64,000 nt of DNA, taken from the NCBI RefSeq assembly GCF_009914755.1, contig NC_060947.1; one strand, 5' to 3'. Below the pieces are notes generated by a model. The model saw only the letters and a program-made list of their open reading frames with translations. It searched no databases and was not told the DNA's origin. Shown piece by piece: positions 11,577 through 27,280 of the stretch. Origin of the DNA: the human T2T-CHM13v2.0 reference genome, Homo sapiens. Position numbers and translations under genes: made by a program. Position 1 is the stretch's first letter, and each line of letters opens with the position of its first letter.

Positions 11577-14500
11577 CTCAGTAAAAGACAAAGGCTGTTT
11601 TAGTTTGGATGTACAACAGACAAAGACAATAGAGAACAGCAGATATTCTGGTAAAGAAAAGCCATGGTTCCCATAATTCTCCCAGCAATGCTAGTGAGCG
11701 CCTTTTCCAGTGGGGACTATCTATCAAGTCTCTTGACAAAAGCAAATAGGATGTGGCAAGGTTGAACTACTGATCAGTATGCCCTTGAAACCCTTGGAGG
11801 GTTATGCTCAAGTAATGTTTTAACAAGGTGGGCAGAGGATAATTATTTCTCTAAGCCACAGGATGAATGGTAATTGATAAAATTCCAAATAGAAATTGTG
11901 AGCATGTGTAATTCGATTCATTATTTTTAACTTTGCAAAACATCATTTATCTAACTTTGCAAACTTACAACTTTGCAAAACGTTACAAGGAAAATCTTTG
12001 CGTTTTAGTTTCCAATGCTATTAAAATTGAATAATTTAAAATGCAGACTCTGACAGAATAACTTAAGTGAAAGAAAAATAAAGTTATACAGAATTTATTT
12101 AATCAATAGATTTGAGAAGACAGGAAAATTTAATGTTGAGGGTATCAAATAGGCGCCCAGTGGACAGAATTGTCTATGTGGTGGAATGAGATACAGCACC
12201 ACTGACACTTGCACCTGGAGGAATGCTTATTTAGACGGTAATAACAAAGTCAGTGATTTTTCCTACTATTTTCGATGCTATCCTCAGGCTATAGATTTAA
12301 ACTTTATGAGAAGTTCAATTAAAAAGGCGATATCTACTAATTTCTCAAATGGCCTTTATATGAGTCTTATATAGACACAGGGACAATTACATACAACTTG
12401 ATATGAAAATAAAGCAAACCAAGAAGTTAAAAGAAGTCTTATGGTTCATGTTTGTAAAATAATACATTGGAACATTTTTCCTAGTTGAGATTTAAACAGA
12501 AAAATTATATGTGTTGACTTACTGCTTGCATGTATATTTCTGCAAGAGATAAAAACCTTAGGATTAATAATTAAAACCATTCTGGAGTTTTATATCAGCA
12601 GGTACCAAAGCTGTCAGTTGCATGATCTTAACCACAATTAAATTCAGGCATAACACTCCCTGATTATACCAATATAGGGAGAAAAAGATTTCTTCTCGCC
12701 CAGGTCAGTTTTTATAGATAACAAACATTTAACCATAAAAGAAAACATGCTCTCTGTAGAGGGCTAATTAAACACCATAGTAATAAGATAGGAAAGGTTG
12801 TTTCAGGTGAGTGAACCCAACTCCAGTCATGGAAGAAAGAAAAGGAAGCCCTTGATTTCCATGGTTGGGAGAGGCACAGGTGGCAGCAGGAATCCTCAGG
12901 ATGTCCTAAGGAAAGGTTTCCTCTCCAGCTTTTAAGTCAGCCATGTTGGCTTCATATGTTAAAGCCCTTGCTGTTTACACAGTGCTGTTTACACTATTTA
13001 TTCCTGAACGCTTTGCCCTGCGTTTATCCCCCTGAGAAAGGATAAGCCCTTCCAAACTAATGACCCCCAATTCCTTTGTGGTTGGTCATCCTTTAGTGCC
13101 TCGTTAGCCAGAATTACTTAATGTCATTCATCAGCCTTGCAACACTCACATGGCATTTACTTGGCTAGCAATTTTATTGGAACTTAATTATTAGCGAGAA
13201 AAAATAGAAACATTAAAATGGTGCAAACCTATAGCAATGAAATGCTTAGCATGCTGTTAATGCTGCAGAGAATCTTAAAACTAAATTGAATCTGGCCTCA
13301 TGGCACTTAGGTTGTGAGAAGCACTGCTTGCATTTAAATATTTTGCTACACATAGATACAGGAAACATGATTTTGATGTTTGTTAAATAAGAGTTAATTT
13401 TTCTTATATAACAGAAAAAAGCCCTCCCTATTTTTTTCCCAATCAAGTTGTTTATTTCTAATTAGACTAAATATAAGGTGAAATGTATTCAACATATCCA
13501 AAACACTATTTTAATAAAGTGAGCAAATTGTCAAGATCCATATATTTATTTCAGACTTTTTAAAAGTTAAGACAATTTTAATTTATTATTCTATAAAATT
13601 CAGTTTAACTGTCAGTTTAGTTTTGAAATTCAGAAGTCAATTTGGAAAATGGAAGTGTTTATCATTAGTTGCATTTTGTCCTGATCTCAGAAAATTACGT
13701 ATATGTTTTCCTGTATATACTTCCATATTTGTCATTGGATGAGCAAATGATAAAAACACACTGAATTTATGTAATTTATCTCTAATCCCTTTAATAAAAC
13801 ATTTCATAATTTTCAGAGAATTCAGAATTCTTAATGAGTATTCTTCTTCATGAAACAGTGTCTTCTGTTCATATTGAATGCAGCAGACTCAGGAATAACT
13901 ATGATTTATCAATGGCATATTTTTAAGGCTAACATCAACAGTAGACTCTTGAATTCAATCATGTCAGCACAATTTCAAAGGATTGCCTTTGCTGAGTACA
14001 AAGAATCTACATGGTTAGCTAAAAATGGTGCAAACTTAAGCATTGTGTAAAGGAAAGATCTATTGATTTTCTGTGTTTCTAATTGGTGTTAGGCACCACA
14101 TTAGATCAACTCATCACTTACCTGCCATTTCTCCCTCTTTTTACTTTGTGTTGAAGAGTTTGGAAATCTTATGACTAGCCTACTTGTTCTGTGCCCATGA
14201 AGCAAATTAGGTATCATGAATAAAAGATCTGGGTCAGCACAAATGTAGCCTTACTCTCTCTGTTTATCTAAAGACCTAAGCCTGTTCACATCTCCAACAC
14301 CCTTTGCATGAAGGGGAAACCAGGTGACCCAAACCAGGTATCTGAAATGACATTGCATGCCTGAATTACAAATCCTCCTCCTAGCTTTACACCAAAGGGC
14401 TGGCAGTACTGACCTGGGTGTCTGAGAACTACAAGAGGAGAATATACTGAATTTTCAGTTCCTTCTGGGTCGATTCTAACTATTGGGCCCCAGAATGCAG

Positions 14501-14754
14501 TCAGTCATGGATTCTAAGAATCAGATTAAAAAATGGAGTTTAGGGGTCAGTCCATTGGGCATATCTGAAAACGCACCCTGTCGTTATTTTCCAAAGACCT
14601 GAGGGCACAGTTGGAACATAGCTGATACAGTCAGCAACTGGGAATATCCTACCCATTTGACCCTATCACCCATGCAGTAAAGATTTTTATAATAGAAATA
14701 ATTAAGTAGAAGTCTAAAGACCTGGCTTCCCTACTAAGATACTTGAACAAATTT

Positions 14755-14990
14755 AATATTGCATTCCTGGGGAGAATTGCAGAGATCAGTGTTACCATTA
14801 AAACTTGAAAATTTCAAGTGTGTTGTTTTCCATCACAACTCCACTGGACTTCCCCGTTCGAGATGTGTAGTTGATAGAAGACACTTGAAGAATGATGTAG
14901 TTTAGTAAACTCAACAAGATGCTGGATCTCTTTGCAGCTTTGGTTCAGATGCCATCTTTTTATTGGAATGAATAACACACAGCCTACCAC
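14755..14990 (+). mobile_element. ERV-L-class pol fragment, very degraded
   Basis: ATTGCATTCCTGGGGAGAATTGCAGAGATCAGTGTTACCATTAAA resembles the ERV-L RT start. Confidence 0.45.
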
Positions 14991-15049
14991 CAGACATTCA
15001 GTTAAAGGTTTGGTCGATTTTGACCAGTATTTATTCTCCCAGTATCCAC

Positions 15050-15499
15050 TCTCTTCTAGATACTTTTATTCACATAAGCTGTGCCAGGTTTTAGCAAGCA
15101 TATGGACATCCGGTTAGTCCCTGCACTTCCCTGACTACTTTGTAGCTGTACGTGGTCATGTGACCAAGTCCAGGCCAGAGGACTTGGTCACATGACCACA
15201 TACAGCTGCAAAGTAATCATGACCAATGGTGATGACATGAACAAGTTCTGTCTCTCATCCTTGAGAAATAAAGGCAAATGCATTCCATTATTTCTTCCTT
15301 CATGTTGGCTAAGTGGAACAATTGACTTAAACCCAGTGGTCTTAAGCCATGTATTAAAGATAACAAGGCTATCCTTTCCATCCTTGGCCATCTACTTCCA
15401 TCTGTTGCACGAAAGAGAAGAAAACTTCTCTCCTATTTGAACCATTATATTTTAAGGTCTTTTTGTTACAGCAGCTTAACATGTTTCCCAACTAATACA
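15050..15499 (+). mobile_element. Ancient ERVL-type LTR (LTR16/LTR33-like)
   Basis: Ends TTTGTTACAGCAGCTTAAC...AACTAATACA. Confidence 0.45.
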
Positions 15500-15814
15500 G
15501 CGTGTAACTCTCTGTCCACTTAATGCACTATTCCACATTGAGCTCAGGATACTTCTTCAATCCCAAAATAGATGCTTCTATTTTCTTGGTCATTCCAAGT
15601 TCCTCCTCCTTGGGAATGCTTGATTTCTCTGTGTTTATCCTCTCACTGTTCTACACAATCCCAATATAAACTTGAAGGTGTGCTCCCTCATTTGCCCAAA
15701 TGAGAACTCATACAACACATGTGTAGATGTAGAAAATTTCACAGGTTATTCAGATAACCTAAAATCAATACTTACTTACTGTTAAAAAATGTCCTTCAAA
15801 AATAAAAGAAAAAG

Positions 15815-16417
15815 AGTAATGTTTATAGTAGAGAAACTTGACAAACACTCGATCAACCAGATGATCAGGTCAACATCAAAAGTGACAAGTCATATTGACA
15901 GTATGTACCCATGGCATGATGTGATGAGAAGGAAACACCACCTCTGTGGTCTTCTTCCCAAATAGCCATAACCCCAGTCTAGTCATGAGGAAAACACTGG
16001 AAAAACCCAAATGGAAGGACAGTCTACCGACCAGTATTCCTCAAAGCCCTTGAGGTCATCAAAAACAGAAGGTCTGAGAAACCGTCATGGTCTAAAGGAG
16101 ACTTAGAAAACATGACTGTCAAATATAATGTTCAGCAGAACATTGAAAACAAAAGATGAAAAAAATGAATGTAATGTGATATCCTGGATGAAATCCTCAA
16201 TCAAGGGATATTAGGAAAAAAGTATGTAAATTCAAGTAAATGATAGCCTTTAGTTAATGATAATGTATCACTATCAGTTCATTATTTGTGGCAAATGTAC
16301 CAGACTAATGTAAGATGTTAACAATAGGGAAGTCTGGTTATGTGGTATAGGACTTTCTGTAATGTTCTTGCAACTTTTTTTGTAAATCCAGAACTATTTA
16401 TAATAAAAATTTTATTA
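15815..16417 (+). mobile_element. Ancient L1M (L1MC-type) 3' end
   Basis: GGCAAATGTACCAGACTAATGTAAGATGTTAACAATAGGG and other L1MC 3'UTR motifs. Confidence 0.65.
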
Positions 16418-16567
16418 AGTATGACCCAGGAATGGACTTTCAATGGGAAGTTGGTATGGTAAACACTGGACCTCACTATTTGAACACATTAGCTGGATAC
16501 CTGAAGAAATGGAGATAGGAGATAGATGATATGTAAGGCAGAAGATATGGGGTTAAGGAGCTGGAGA

Positions 16568-16734
16568 CTAGCTGTGGTGGTGCATACCCGTAGTCCCAGC
16601 TACTGGGAAGGCTGAGATGGGAGAATCACCTCAGCCAGGGGAGGTCAAGGCTGCAGTGAGCCGTGATTGTGCCATTGCACTCCAGTCTGGGCAAAAGAGT
16701 GAGACAATGTTTCAAAAACAAACAAACAAAAAAA
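16568..16734 (+). mobile_element. Alu right monomer (FRAM/AluJ)
   Basis: GTAGTCCCAGCTACT...GCAGTGAGCC...(CAAA)n tail. Confidence 0.85.
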
Positions 16735-18958
16735 GATGAAGATGGTGCATGAGGACATGAACTAGAGCAAAAGGAGCACTCATGGCCAGAGACAGGAACA
16801 TTTGATGTTAAGATGGTGTGTGAGATGAAGGCATCCCAAGTGATGACAAAAACGAAGGTAGGAAATGTGTGGAGCAGTCAATGTTTGGAGATGCCAATGG
16901 TCAAAGCAATAAAGTCATCATAGGTTATTTATTATGTAAAGGAAAATGTTAGAAGAAGTGGGAAGATGGAAAGAGGAGCATGACCGAGGGCCAGGAACTG
17001 ATGAACAAACAGGGGAGGTTAAGGAAGGGCAAGAGGTCAGCTGGTGGCTGGAGAGGAGAAGTGATACCAATTAGATATGAGAAGTATAATCAATATGGCA
17101 TTATTGTATTTCAATAGTGTTGAAAATAAATGAAATTTACTTAATATAGCACCATATCAAACGAAATACTTTTTCTGAACTGGTTTGGTTCCAGATTCTT
17201 ATTGAAGTAAAACATAAATCTACTTATGGGTATTAAGGGATAACGTATCATTGTGTGGATCATATGTTTGTCAGATACATTTTGGCTGACAAGTAATGCG
17301 AACGATAATTGTGATTTCTGGAAACTGGCGTACTGCATCTGAAGGTCAGTGTGCTCATTTCCCCTTGGATGCATACATTGGAATGTTATTGTAATTCAGA
17401 AGGTTCTTTCTCAGCTGCACTGCATTTCCATCGGGGAAAATGCCAACCCTCGGAATAAGAGCATGTGTTATAGAGACATGATGTAGTTGCTAAAGCAAAG
17501 TGATTTTAATTGAATTGTGATTCTTTCTCCTGTAACTTGAGTTGTACCATTTTGTGTTGATGTGATAAAATCTGAATTCTTTGTTAAGTGATGGCTTCAA
17601 CATGCACAGGTCATATGACATTTTAAATATTTCGTTGTATTTTCAGTTTTTACTTTTAGCTAACTGAACTTGACCCTAGAACTACTATTTTTCCTTTAAC
17701 TCCTTTCTTTTTTTTTTTTTAAAGACAGCAACCAAATGTGCTTGTCTTTTAAGGGACATATATGTCAAGAGTTTTGAAGGATGCTACAGTAAGTAATTTG
17801 GATGGCACTGGAATTAAAATCCAGCATGTATTTTTGCTGGATGTGACTTTCAGGAAAAGATCTTATAACTTGTTACAGTTCCAAAGCCATTACACAGTAT
17901 ACAGTCATGTGTCACTTAATGATGGGATAAGTTCTGAGAAATATTTCCTTAGGTGGTTGCATTGTTATTCAAATATCATAGGTTGTAGGTAAACAAATCT
18001 AGATGGTATAACCTACCACACATCTAGGCTACATGGTATATAGCCTGTTGTAACAAAGCTGTAAACTTCTACAGCATGATATTGTACTGAATACTATAGG
18101 AAGTACTGAATACTAACTCAACATAAGTATTTATATATCTAAGTAAATTTAAACAGGGAAATGGTACAATAAAAATACAGTATAAAAGATAAAAAATGGT
18201 ATACTTGTATAGGGCACTGACCATGAAACCATGAATGGAGCTTGCAGACGTGGGAGTTGCTCTGGGTGAGTTAGTGAGTGAGTGGTGAGTGAATGTGAAG
18301 GCCATTACTGTACACTACTGCAGGCTTTATAAACACTGTACACTTAGGCCCCACTAAATTTATTTTTAAATGTATTTATTTAATAAATTAACCTCAGCTT
18401 ACTGTAACTTTTTTTACTTTATAAGCTTTTAGATTTTTGAAAACTTTTTGACTCTTGTAATAGCACTTAGCTTAAAGCATACATGGTATGGTTGTACAAA
18501 AATGTTTTTTTCTTTATATCCCTAGTCTATCATCCAAGTTTTTTTCTACTTTTAAATTTATTTTTTTACTTTTTAAAATTTTTTGTGAAAAAATGAAGAC
18601 ACAAATATACTCAGTAGCCTAGGCCTACACTAGAGTCAGGATCATCAATATCACTGCCTTCCACCTTCACATATGGTCCCACTGGAAGGTCTTCAGGGAC
18701 AATAACATGCATGGAGGTGTGACCTCCAATAACATTGCCTTTTTCTACAACACCTTCTGAAGGACCTGCCTGCCGCTGTTTTACAGTTATATACATATAT
18801 ATAGTGTGTATACACACACACACACACACACACATATGTATATATATATGTATATATGTAGAAGCAAAACACTAAAATATTAGTAAAATATATAGTATCA
18901 TAAATATATAAACTAGTAATGTGGTTGTTTATTATCAAGTATTATGTGCTACACATAA

Positions 18959-19410
<452 letters not shown>

Positions 19411-19430
19411 TAATCTTATGGGACCACCTC

Positions 19431-20325
19431 TGTAGGGAGACCCCCTGAAACTATGGCTATGGAATAAAAGATGAAATGCTCCTGATTATTGTAAATACAA
19501 AATTGCATGCAGGATTGTGTAAAGACAATGCCAGGTTGGACTGCCAGAACGAGCCAACAGCACGTGATGTGCTTCCCCCTGCAGAGAGCCTATGAATGGA
19601 CATGCAGTCAGGGAGGTTTCACATCACCAAGATTCCTATCCCAGAAAAGCAGATGTTCATAGCTCTGGGAATGGAATGCGACCCTTGTGGAAAGCCTATA
19701 AACGGATGCACGGGGGGCACTTGTCCATATGGATAAGATAGGGCTATAAACGCCCTCATCTTGCCACGGCTCTTCTAGCCCTCTTTAGGGTTAAGGCATA
19801 CTCCCTTCTGAGAATTTCTGGTCTAACTGGTTGTCTAGCTTCACATCCTGTTTCCATGGATTGTTTGTAACTAGCTTTTGTTGCAATCGTTACTGCTGAT
19901 TAATATCTTGCTAATCATAGGTTACGGAAAGATTGTGTTTCTGTTTTAAGGCTCTGTTAGAAATTACTGATGCACACACTATATTGTAAATTCTTATCTC
20001 TGTATACTGTACTTCTACATACAAATGTACTGTACTTCTACATACAAATGTTATGTTAAAGAATTACTTCATCCCCATGTGACCATCTCACCTCATAATC
20101 AAATGACCCTAAATCCCTCACTAACCTACCCCCACCCTCACTAAACGTAATAATAAATGCTGGTATATCCAGTGCATTGTTGGCACCGCGGGACCAGAAG
20201 GCAGTGACCCACCTGGACCCAGCTTTCACTGTCTTGTGTGTGTCTATTATTTCTCAACCTGCCGATCCACCTGGGAACAAAGAGAGCCCCATTGCATTGC
20301 GGGCTGCTGGCCAGATCCCTCAATA
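19431..20325 (+). mobile_element. MER11D-like (ERVK class) solo LTR
   Basis: 895 bp starting TGTAGGGAGACCCCCTGAAAC; 6-bp TSD CACCTC at 19425-19430 and 20326-20331. Confidence 0.8.
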
Positions 20326-20416
20326 CACCTCCATATATGCAGTCTGCCATTAACCAAAATTTTGCTATGCAGCATATGACTGTAATTGATTCAAGATCAG
20401 TTATTTGAAAATGTAA

Positions 20417-20818
<402 letters not shown>

Positions 20819-21288
20819 TTAGTGCTAGAGAGATAGTTTATTTTTCAAGGTCATGTGACACTTACCGAATACTCTTAAAATTGTAAGCAAATAACATCTA
20901 GATTTTGCCGAGAGCTCCAACTTTGCAAGCGTGCATAAAAAGCCTCTGTTTCTTCCTAAGTCAAAGAATGGAAGACAGAGCCCTGGAGTGTCTGGGAGAT
21001 ACTTATTCTACATGTGCCAGGTGCTTAGTGCCCAGGCAACTGGTTAGAATCAAGTTAACCTCAATTCGTTTTCCATCAATGATTCTGGAATTTCTATGAA
21101 AACAGTTGACCTGGAGACCCCAGTAGTTGCTGAAGAAATCTGGGCTTTCAATCATCTCCTACTTTTGACTCCAGTCTATTCCAGAACTAGGCATTTAGCC
21201 TCTATTATGAATACTCTCCTCACTGGCAAAGAAAAGGAGGTGGGTAATGATTACCTAAACTTCAGAGCTAACTATAAGCATAATTTGT

Positions 21289-21642
<354 letters not shown>

Positions 21643-21744
21643 TCAGCAACATATAAGCCGTTTTATGGTATCATTAGGCAGAGAAAATCGATATACCTAA
21701 GGTGAATAATGTTTCTACTTGTACCACATCCGTGATAGTCTAAA

Positions 21745-22250
<506 letters not shown>

Positions 22251-22252
22251 AT

Positions 22253-22470
22253 CCAGAGGTCAGCAAACTTTTTCTGTAAAAGGCTAGATGGTAAATACTG
22301 TCGGCTTTGCAGGCAGTATGGTCTTCACCTCAACTACTCAACTCTGCTGTTTTAGCCTGAAAACAGCTATAGACAGGACGTAAGTTAATTGGGTTTGGCT
22401 GTGTTCCAGCAAAACTTTATGAAAAAAGCAGCTGGATTTGGTCAATGAGACATAATTTGCTGACCCCTAC
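22253..22470. mobile_element. MER58A (hAT) element
   Basis: CAGAGGTCAGCAAACTTTTTCTGTAAAAGGC...TTTGCTGACCCCT inverted ends. Confidence 0.75.
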
Positions 22471-23825
22471 TCTAAAATACTTCTTACTAATTTTAGACCA
22501 GTGGGGCTTGTTTTATATGAGTGGATTGAAAGCATTCATCTATGTATGTTATTTTTAAAAATAGATTCTCTTTATATAAAACGTATGTCTGTCTATTCCT
22601 GAGTACACATTAAAAACATCATTTTTAATTATCTGAATTTGTAAGTTTCATGGGTAAATAGAAAAGGAGATGCTTATGATAAAGTTAATCATAATTAAAA
22701 TTAAAATTATCACATAATATATTAAGATTCACATAACAAAATGTTAATATTCTCTTTAAATATCATTACTAACACATAATCAACAAAATCTTACCTTGGA
22801 TTTTATTACATAGTTTAGAACTTTTATTGCATGTCATAATCTTTGTAGTATAATAAACAAATTTTAACATTTCCTCTAAGCACAGGAGATCATATATGTC
22901 ATCACCCTTACCTTACAGCTAATAAATAGTTGTTCATTTCAGAATTCGGGCAGTTGAAGCTGTGTGAACATGAACCATTCATCATTACAGATGATCCTGA
23001 TCACATAGATACATGGTATCCAGCAATTGCAACTTAGAAAGTGTTATCAGTCCAAGATCTGATTGGTTCTGCAAATTTAGATGACTCGTTTTCTAATATT
23101 TTCAAGTTGTAGCCCAATGTTCTCATACATGTCATTTCTGATTTACCATTAAGGATGTTCTGGTAAATTGTTTCTCTCGACTGCTCATGCAGTGTTTTGA
23201 ACTGGTGCCATAGTAGATTTATTTTCTTCCCTTCAGTATAGACACATACATGTGCTTATTTCTAAACCTCATCACTTGACACTGAGGACCAGGAAGCAAA
23301 ACCTAAGTGACTGAAAGTCTTTTCAAGTTATTCTTTGATTGGCTTTTGGAGTGAGTTTGATGCAATCTCCTCACTTTTCTAGCCAAGGCGATTTGGCCAA
23401 GTTATCTGTTCTCAACCTTTCGGCTGTAATACTGTTTTGCCAAACACAGAAACACTAATGTAGATAGCTCACACTTACGGTTTCAGAAATTTTTTTCATA
23501 CAAGGAAGTTTTCTTAAAATGTGTAAATCTCTTTTTTTCTAAATCTACAAACAAGATTTAATAATATAACACATATACATTGTAATACATTTTGTAAATA
23601 TTTGCATATGCATATGCACAATATATAGTAAACGTAAACCATTTTATATTTCCTTGTATTTCTTAAAGCCAATGAAAAACATTTTAAGTACAATCATATA
23701 ATTTACTGATCAAAGAAAATTTTTTCCCACTCTTCTATAAACTTCACAGAGCCTGAGATTTTTATCAAATAAATCTTGGATACCTTCTAGCACTTGCGTA
23801 GTACGTTTTTTTAAATATATTTTTT

Positions 23826-23965
23826 AAATTTAGCTTTTATTTTCAGTAGAGACAGAGTCTTACTATGTTGGCCAGGCTAGTTTCCAACTCCCTGGGCTCA
23901 AGTGATTCTCCCACCTCGGCCTCCCAAAGTGCTGGGATTACAAGCAATGAGCCACCGTGCTGGCC
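23826..23965 (-). mobile_element. Alu left monomer (FLAM-like)
   Basis: CCTCCCAAAGTGCTGGGATTACA...GAGCCACCG. Confidence 0.8.
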
Positions 23966-24439
23966 TAGCATAGCCCTTTACTAAAAAAAAAAAAAAAGCC
24001 ACTATAAATATTTGCTGAGATACTGAGTGAATGGATGGACTAACAAATGAATTAACTAATGAAGCAGTGTCTGAATTTCTGAATTTAGGAGAAATTCTTT
24101 TTTTTTTTCAGGAACATTATTTAAAATGTATTTAACAGCTCCATGCAACTTCTCCAGAATGATGGACATTGCCCTATGGACATACATGAAAAATGTATAT
24201 ATTTATTTATAGCATATATATATAGCTTCCTTGATTAGTGTATTCACTTTATGTTGTATGTTTTTTTCTACAGATGACTGTAAAAGCCTGTTTGGTTATG
24301 ATACAATTTCTATAAGCACTAAAACAAACAAACTAATAGTCCCATCCCTATTAGTGTTGAATATTTGAAAGGTGTTATTTTTGGGTCATTTTTAACCACG
24401 TTGATATCTCTTTTTCTGAATTTGACTTTGTAATACTTT

Positions 24440-25241
24440 TTTATTTTTTAATTTATTTTTAATTTTTTTTTTATTTCCATAGGTTATTGGGGAACAGGTG
24501 GTGTTTGGTTACATGAGTAAGTTCTTTAGTGGTGATTTGTGAGATTTTGGGGCACCCATCACCGAGCAGTATATACATCACTCAACTTGTAGTCTTTTAT
24601 CCCTCACCCCCTTCTGACCCTTTCCCCAAGTCCCCTAAGTTCATTGCATCATTCTTATGCCTTTGCATCTGTGTAGCTTAGCTCCCACTTACGAGTGAGA
24701 AAATACGATGTTTGGTTTTCCATTCCTGGATTACTTCACTTAGAATAATAGTCTGCAGTTTCATCCAGGTTCTTGCAAATGCCATTAATTCATTCCTTTT
24801 TATGGTTGAGTAGTATTTCCTCAAATATATATATATATATATATCTCACAGTTTCTTTATCCACTCGTTGATTGGTGGGTATTTGAGTTGGTTCCACATT
24901 CTTACAATTGCAAATCATGCCACTATAAACATGCCTGTGCAAGTATCTTTTTTGTATAATGACTTCTTTTCCTCTGAGTAGATGCCCAGTAGTGGGATTG
25001 CTGGATCAAATAGTAGTTCTACTTTTAATTATTTAAGGAATCTCCACACTGTTTTCCATAATGGCTGTACTACTTACATTCCCACCAGCAGTGCAGAAGT
25101 GTTCCCTGATCACTGCATCCAGGTCAACATCTACTGTTTGATTTTTTTGATTATGGCCATTCTTGCAGGAGTAAGGTTACCACCTTACTCCTTATCGCAT
25201 TGTGGTTTTGATTTACATGTTCCTGATCATTAGTGATGTTG
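24440..25241 (-). mobile_element. L1PB-type 3' end, copy 1
   Basis: T-rich tail then TTTCCATAGGTTATTGGGGAACAGGTGG... Confidence 0.85.
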
Positions 25242-25486
25242 ATGCATATATTTATTATAACATACATGTAACTTTCTTGATTAGTGTATTCACTTAAGTT
25301 GTACTTTTATTTTTTTCTATGAATGACTTTAAAAGCCTGTTTGGTTATAATACAATTTCTATAGGCACTAAAACAAACAAATAGCCCCATTGCTATTTGT
25401 GGTCAGAATTTGAAAGTTGTTATTTTTGGGTCATTTTTAACCATGTTCATATCTCTTTTTCTAAATTTGACTTTGTAATGCTTTCT

Positions 25487-26105
25487 TATTTTTTAATTTA
25501 TTTTAATTTATTTTAATTTTTTTATTTCTATAGGTTATTGGGGAGCAGGTGGCATTTAGTCACATGGTATTTGGTTACACAAGAAAGTTCTTTAGTGGTG
25601 ATTTGTGAAATTTTGGTGCACTCATCACCCAAGAAGTATACACTGAACCCAATTTGTAGTCTTTTATCTCTCACCCCCTTTTCACTCTTTCCCCGAGTCC
25701 CCAAAGTCCATTTTGTCATTCTTATGCTTATGCATCCTCATAGCTTAGCTCCCACTTACGAGTGGGAACATGTGATGTTTGGTTTTCCATTCCTGAGTTA
25801 CTTCACTCAGAATAATAGTCTGCAGTCTCATCCAGGTTGTTGCAAATGCCATTAATTCATTCCTTTTTATAGCTGAGTAGTTTTCCATTGTGTATATATA
25901 CCACAGTTTCTTTATCTACTCGTTGATTGATGGGCATTAGGGTTGGTTCCATGTTTTTGCAATTGCGAATTGTGCTGCTATAAACATGCGTATGCAAGTA
26001 TCTTTTTCGTATAATGATTTCTTTTCCTCTGGGTAGATACCCAGTAGTGGGATTGCTCGATCAAATGATAGTTCTACTTTTAGTTCTTCAAGGAATCTCC
26101 ACACT
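25487..26105 (-). mobile_element. L1PB-type 3' end, copy 2
   Basis: Same L1 3' sequence as copy 1 but shorter. Confidence 0.85.
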
Positions 26106-27229
26106 GTAATGTTCTTTTAAAATATGTGCTTTTTATTTCTTGCTTGTATTTTTTTGTATTTTGAAATTGATTTAGGAAGTATATATAATCCATAGAGACC
26201 TCAGCCCATTTTTAAAGATTCATGTTACTAACACTCCAATAGCTTCCTGTGGGTTTGGCGTGGTAGGAAGTACAGGTGAAATAAGGCAAATAAGACAGAA
26301 CTGGTATTCTGGAGCTTGAGAAAATGAAGAACCCTGGCAATCACAATGCAGTGTGAGAAGTGTTATGAGACATGCATTTGCAGGACCCCTAGGGGCACGT
26401 GTCTGTCTCCTAGTGCAGCCCAGGAGGTATTGTCTTGGAAGGCATCCCTCTTAAATCATCTCCCAGAGGATGGCATCTGATGAGGGTAGGATGCATATTC
26501 CAGGCAAAGGAGGCAAAGGCACTGGGTTATTAAAGTATTGCAAATAACTCCTGCACACTTCTGGTACAAGTACAAATTGGTACAATCCCCGAGGAGAAAT
26601 ATTTGGTAACATCTACCAGTAATAAAATGTATTAATGATCAGATATGGGACCCAGCTCTCCCAGCTGTTCCATTTTTGAGAATGTTTCCTGCAGAGACAC
26701 TTGCCCATGGATGACGTGGCGGATGCACAGTTTTGTTCACGGCAGCCCTAGCCTTCGCACAGAGTTACAAACACCCTAGATGTTCCTCAGGAGAGGAAGG
26801 ATTCAATAAAACACTGTGTGTCCAAATGGTGGGAATGCCACTACAATCAAATGATAAGGAAGGCTTTCTGAGATATGATGTTAGGTGAAAAAAGTGGTTT
26901 GTAAATGGATGTGTATGATATACTATATATTATGTGAACAAGGGAAAATACATATATGCCTTTACTTGTTTCTTGTAAATGTATAAAGTCATCTCAACGT
27001 GTAGGTAAGAAGCTGACAAAAATATTTGTCTCAGTGTGTGGTGTTGTTATATGGGACTAGATACAGGACTCGTTGGGGTGAAGGATGAGAGGGAGAGAAT
27101 GGTCCAAGAAACAGCTACAGACCTTCTCCAAGCTTCCGCAGTCATCAACTCATGGCCAATTCCATTTCATCCCAACTCCTAGACATTTCTGCCTGCCCCA
27201 GAGTAGAATATCTTGTATATATACAGATG

Positions 27230-27231
27230 TG

Positions 27232-27279
<48 letters not shown>
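27230..27279. repeat. (GC)n(CA)n microsatellite
   Basis: GCGCGCGCACACACA... about 21 CA units. Confidence 0.95.
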
Positions 27280-27280
<1 letters not shown>

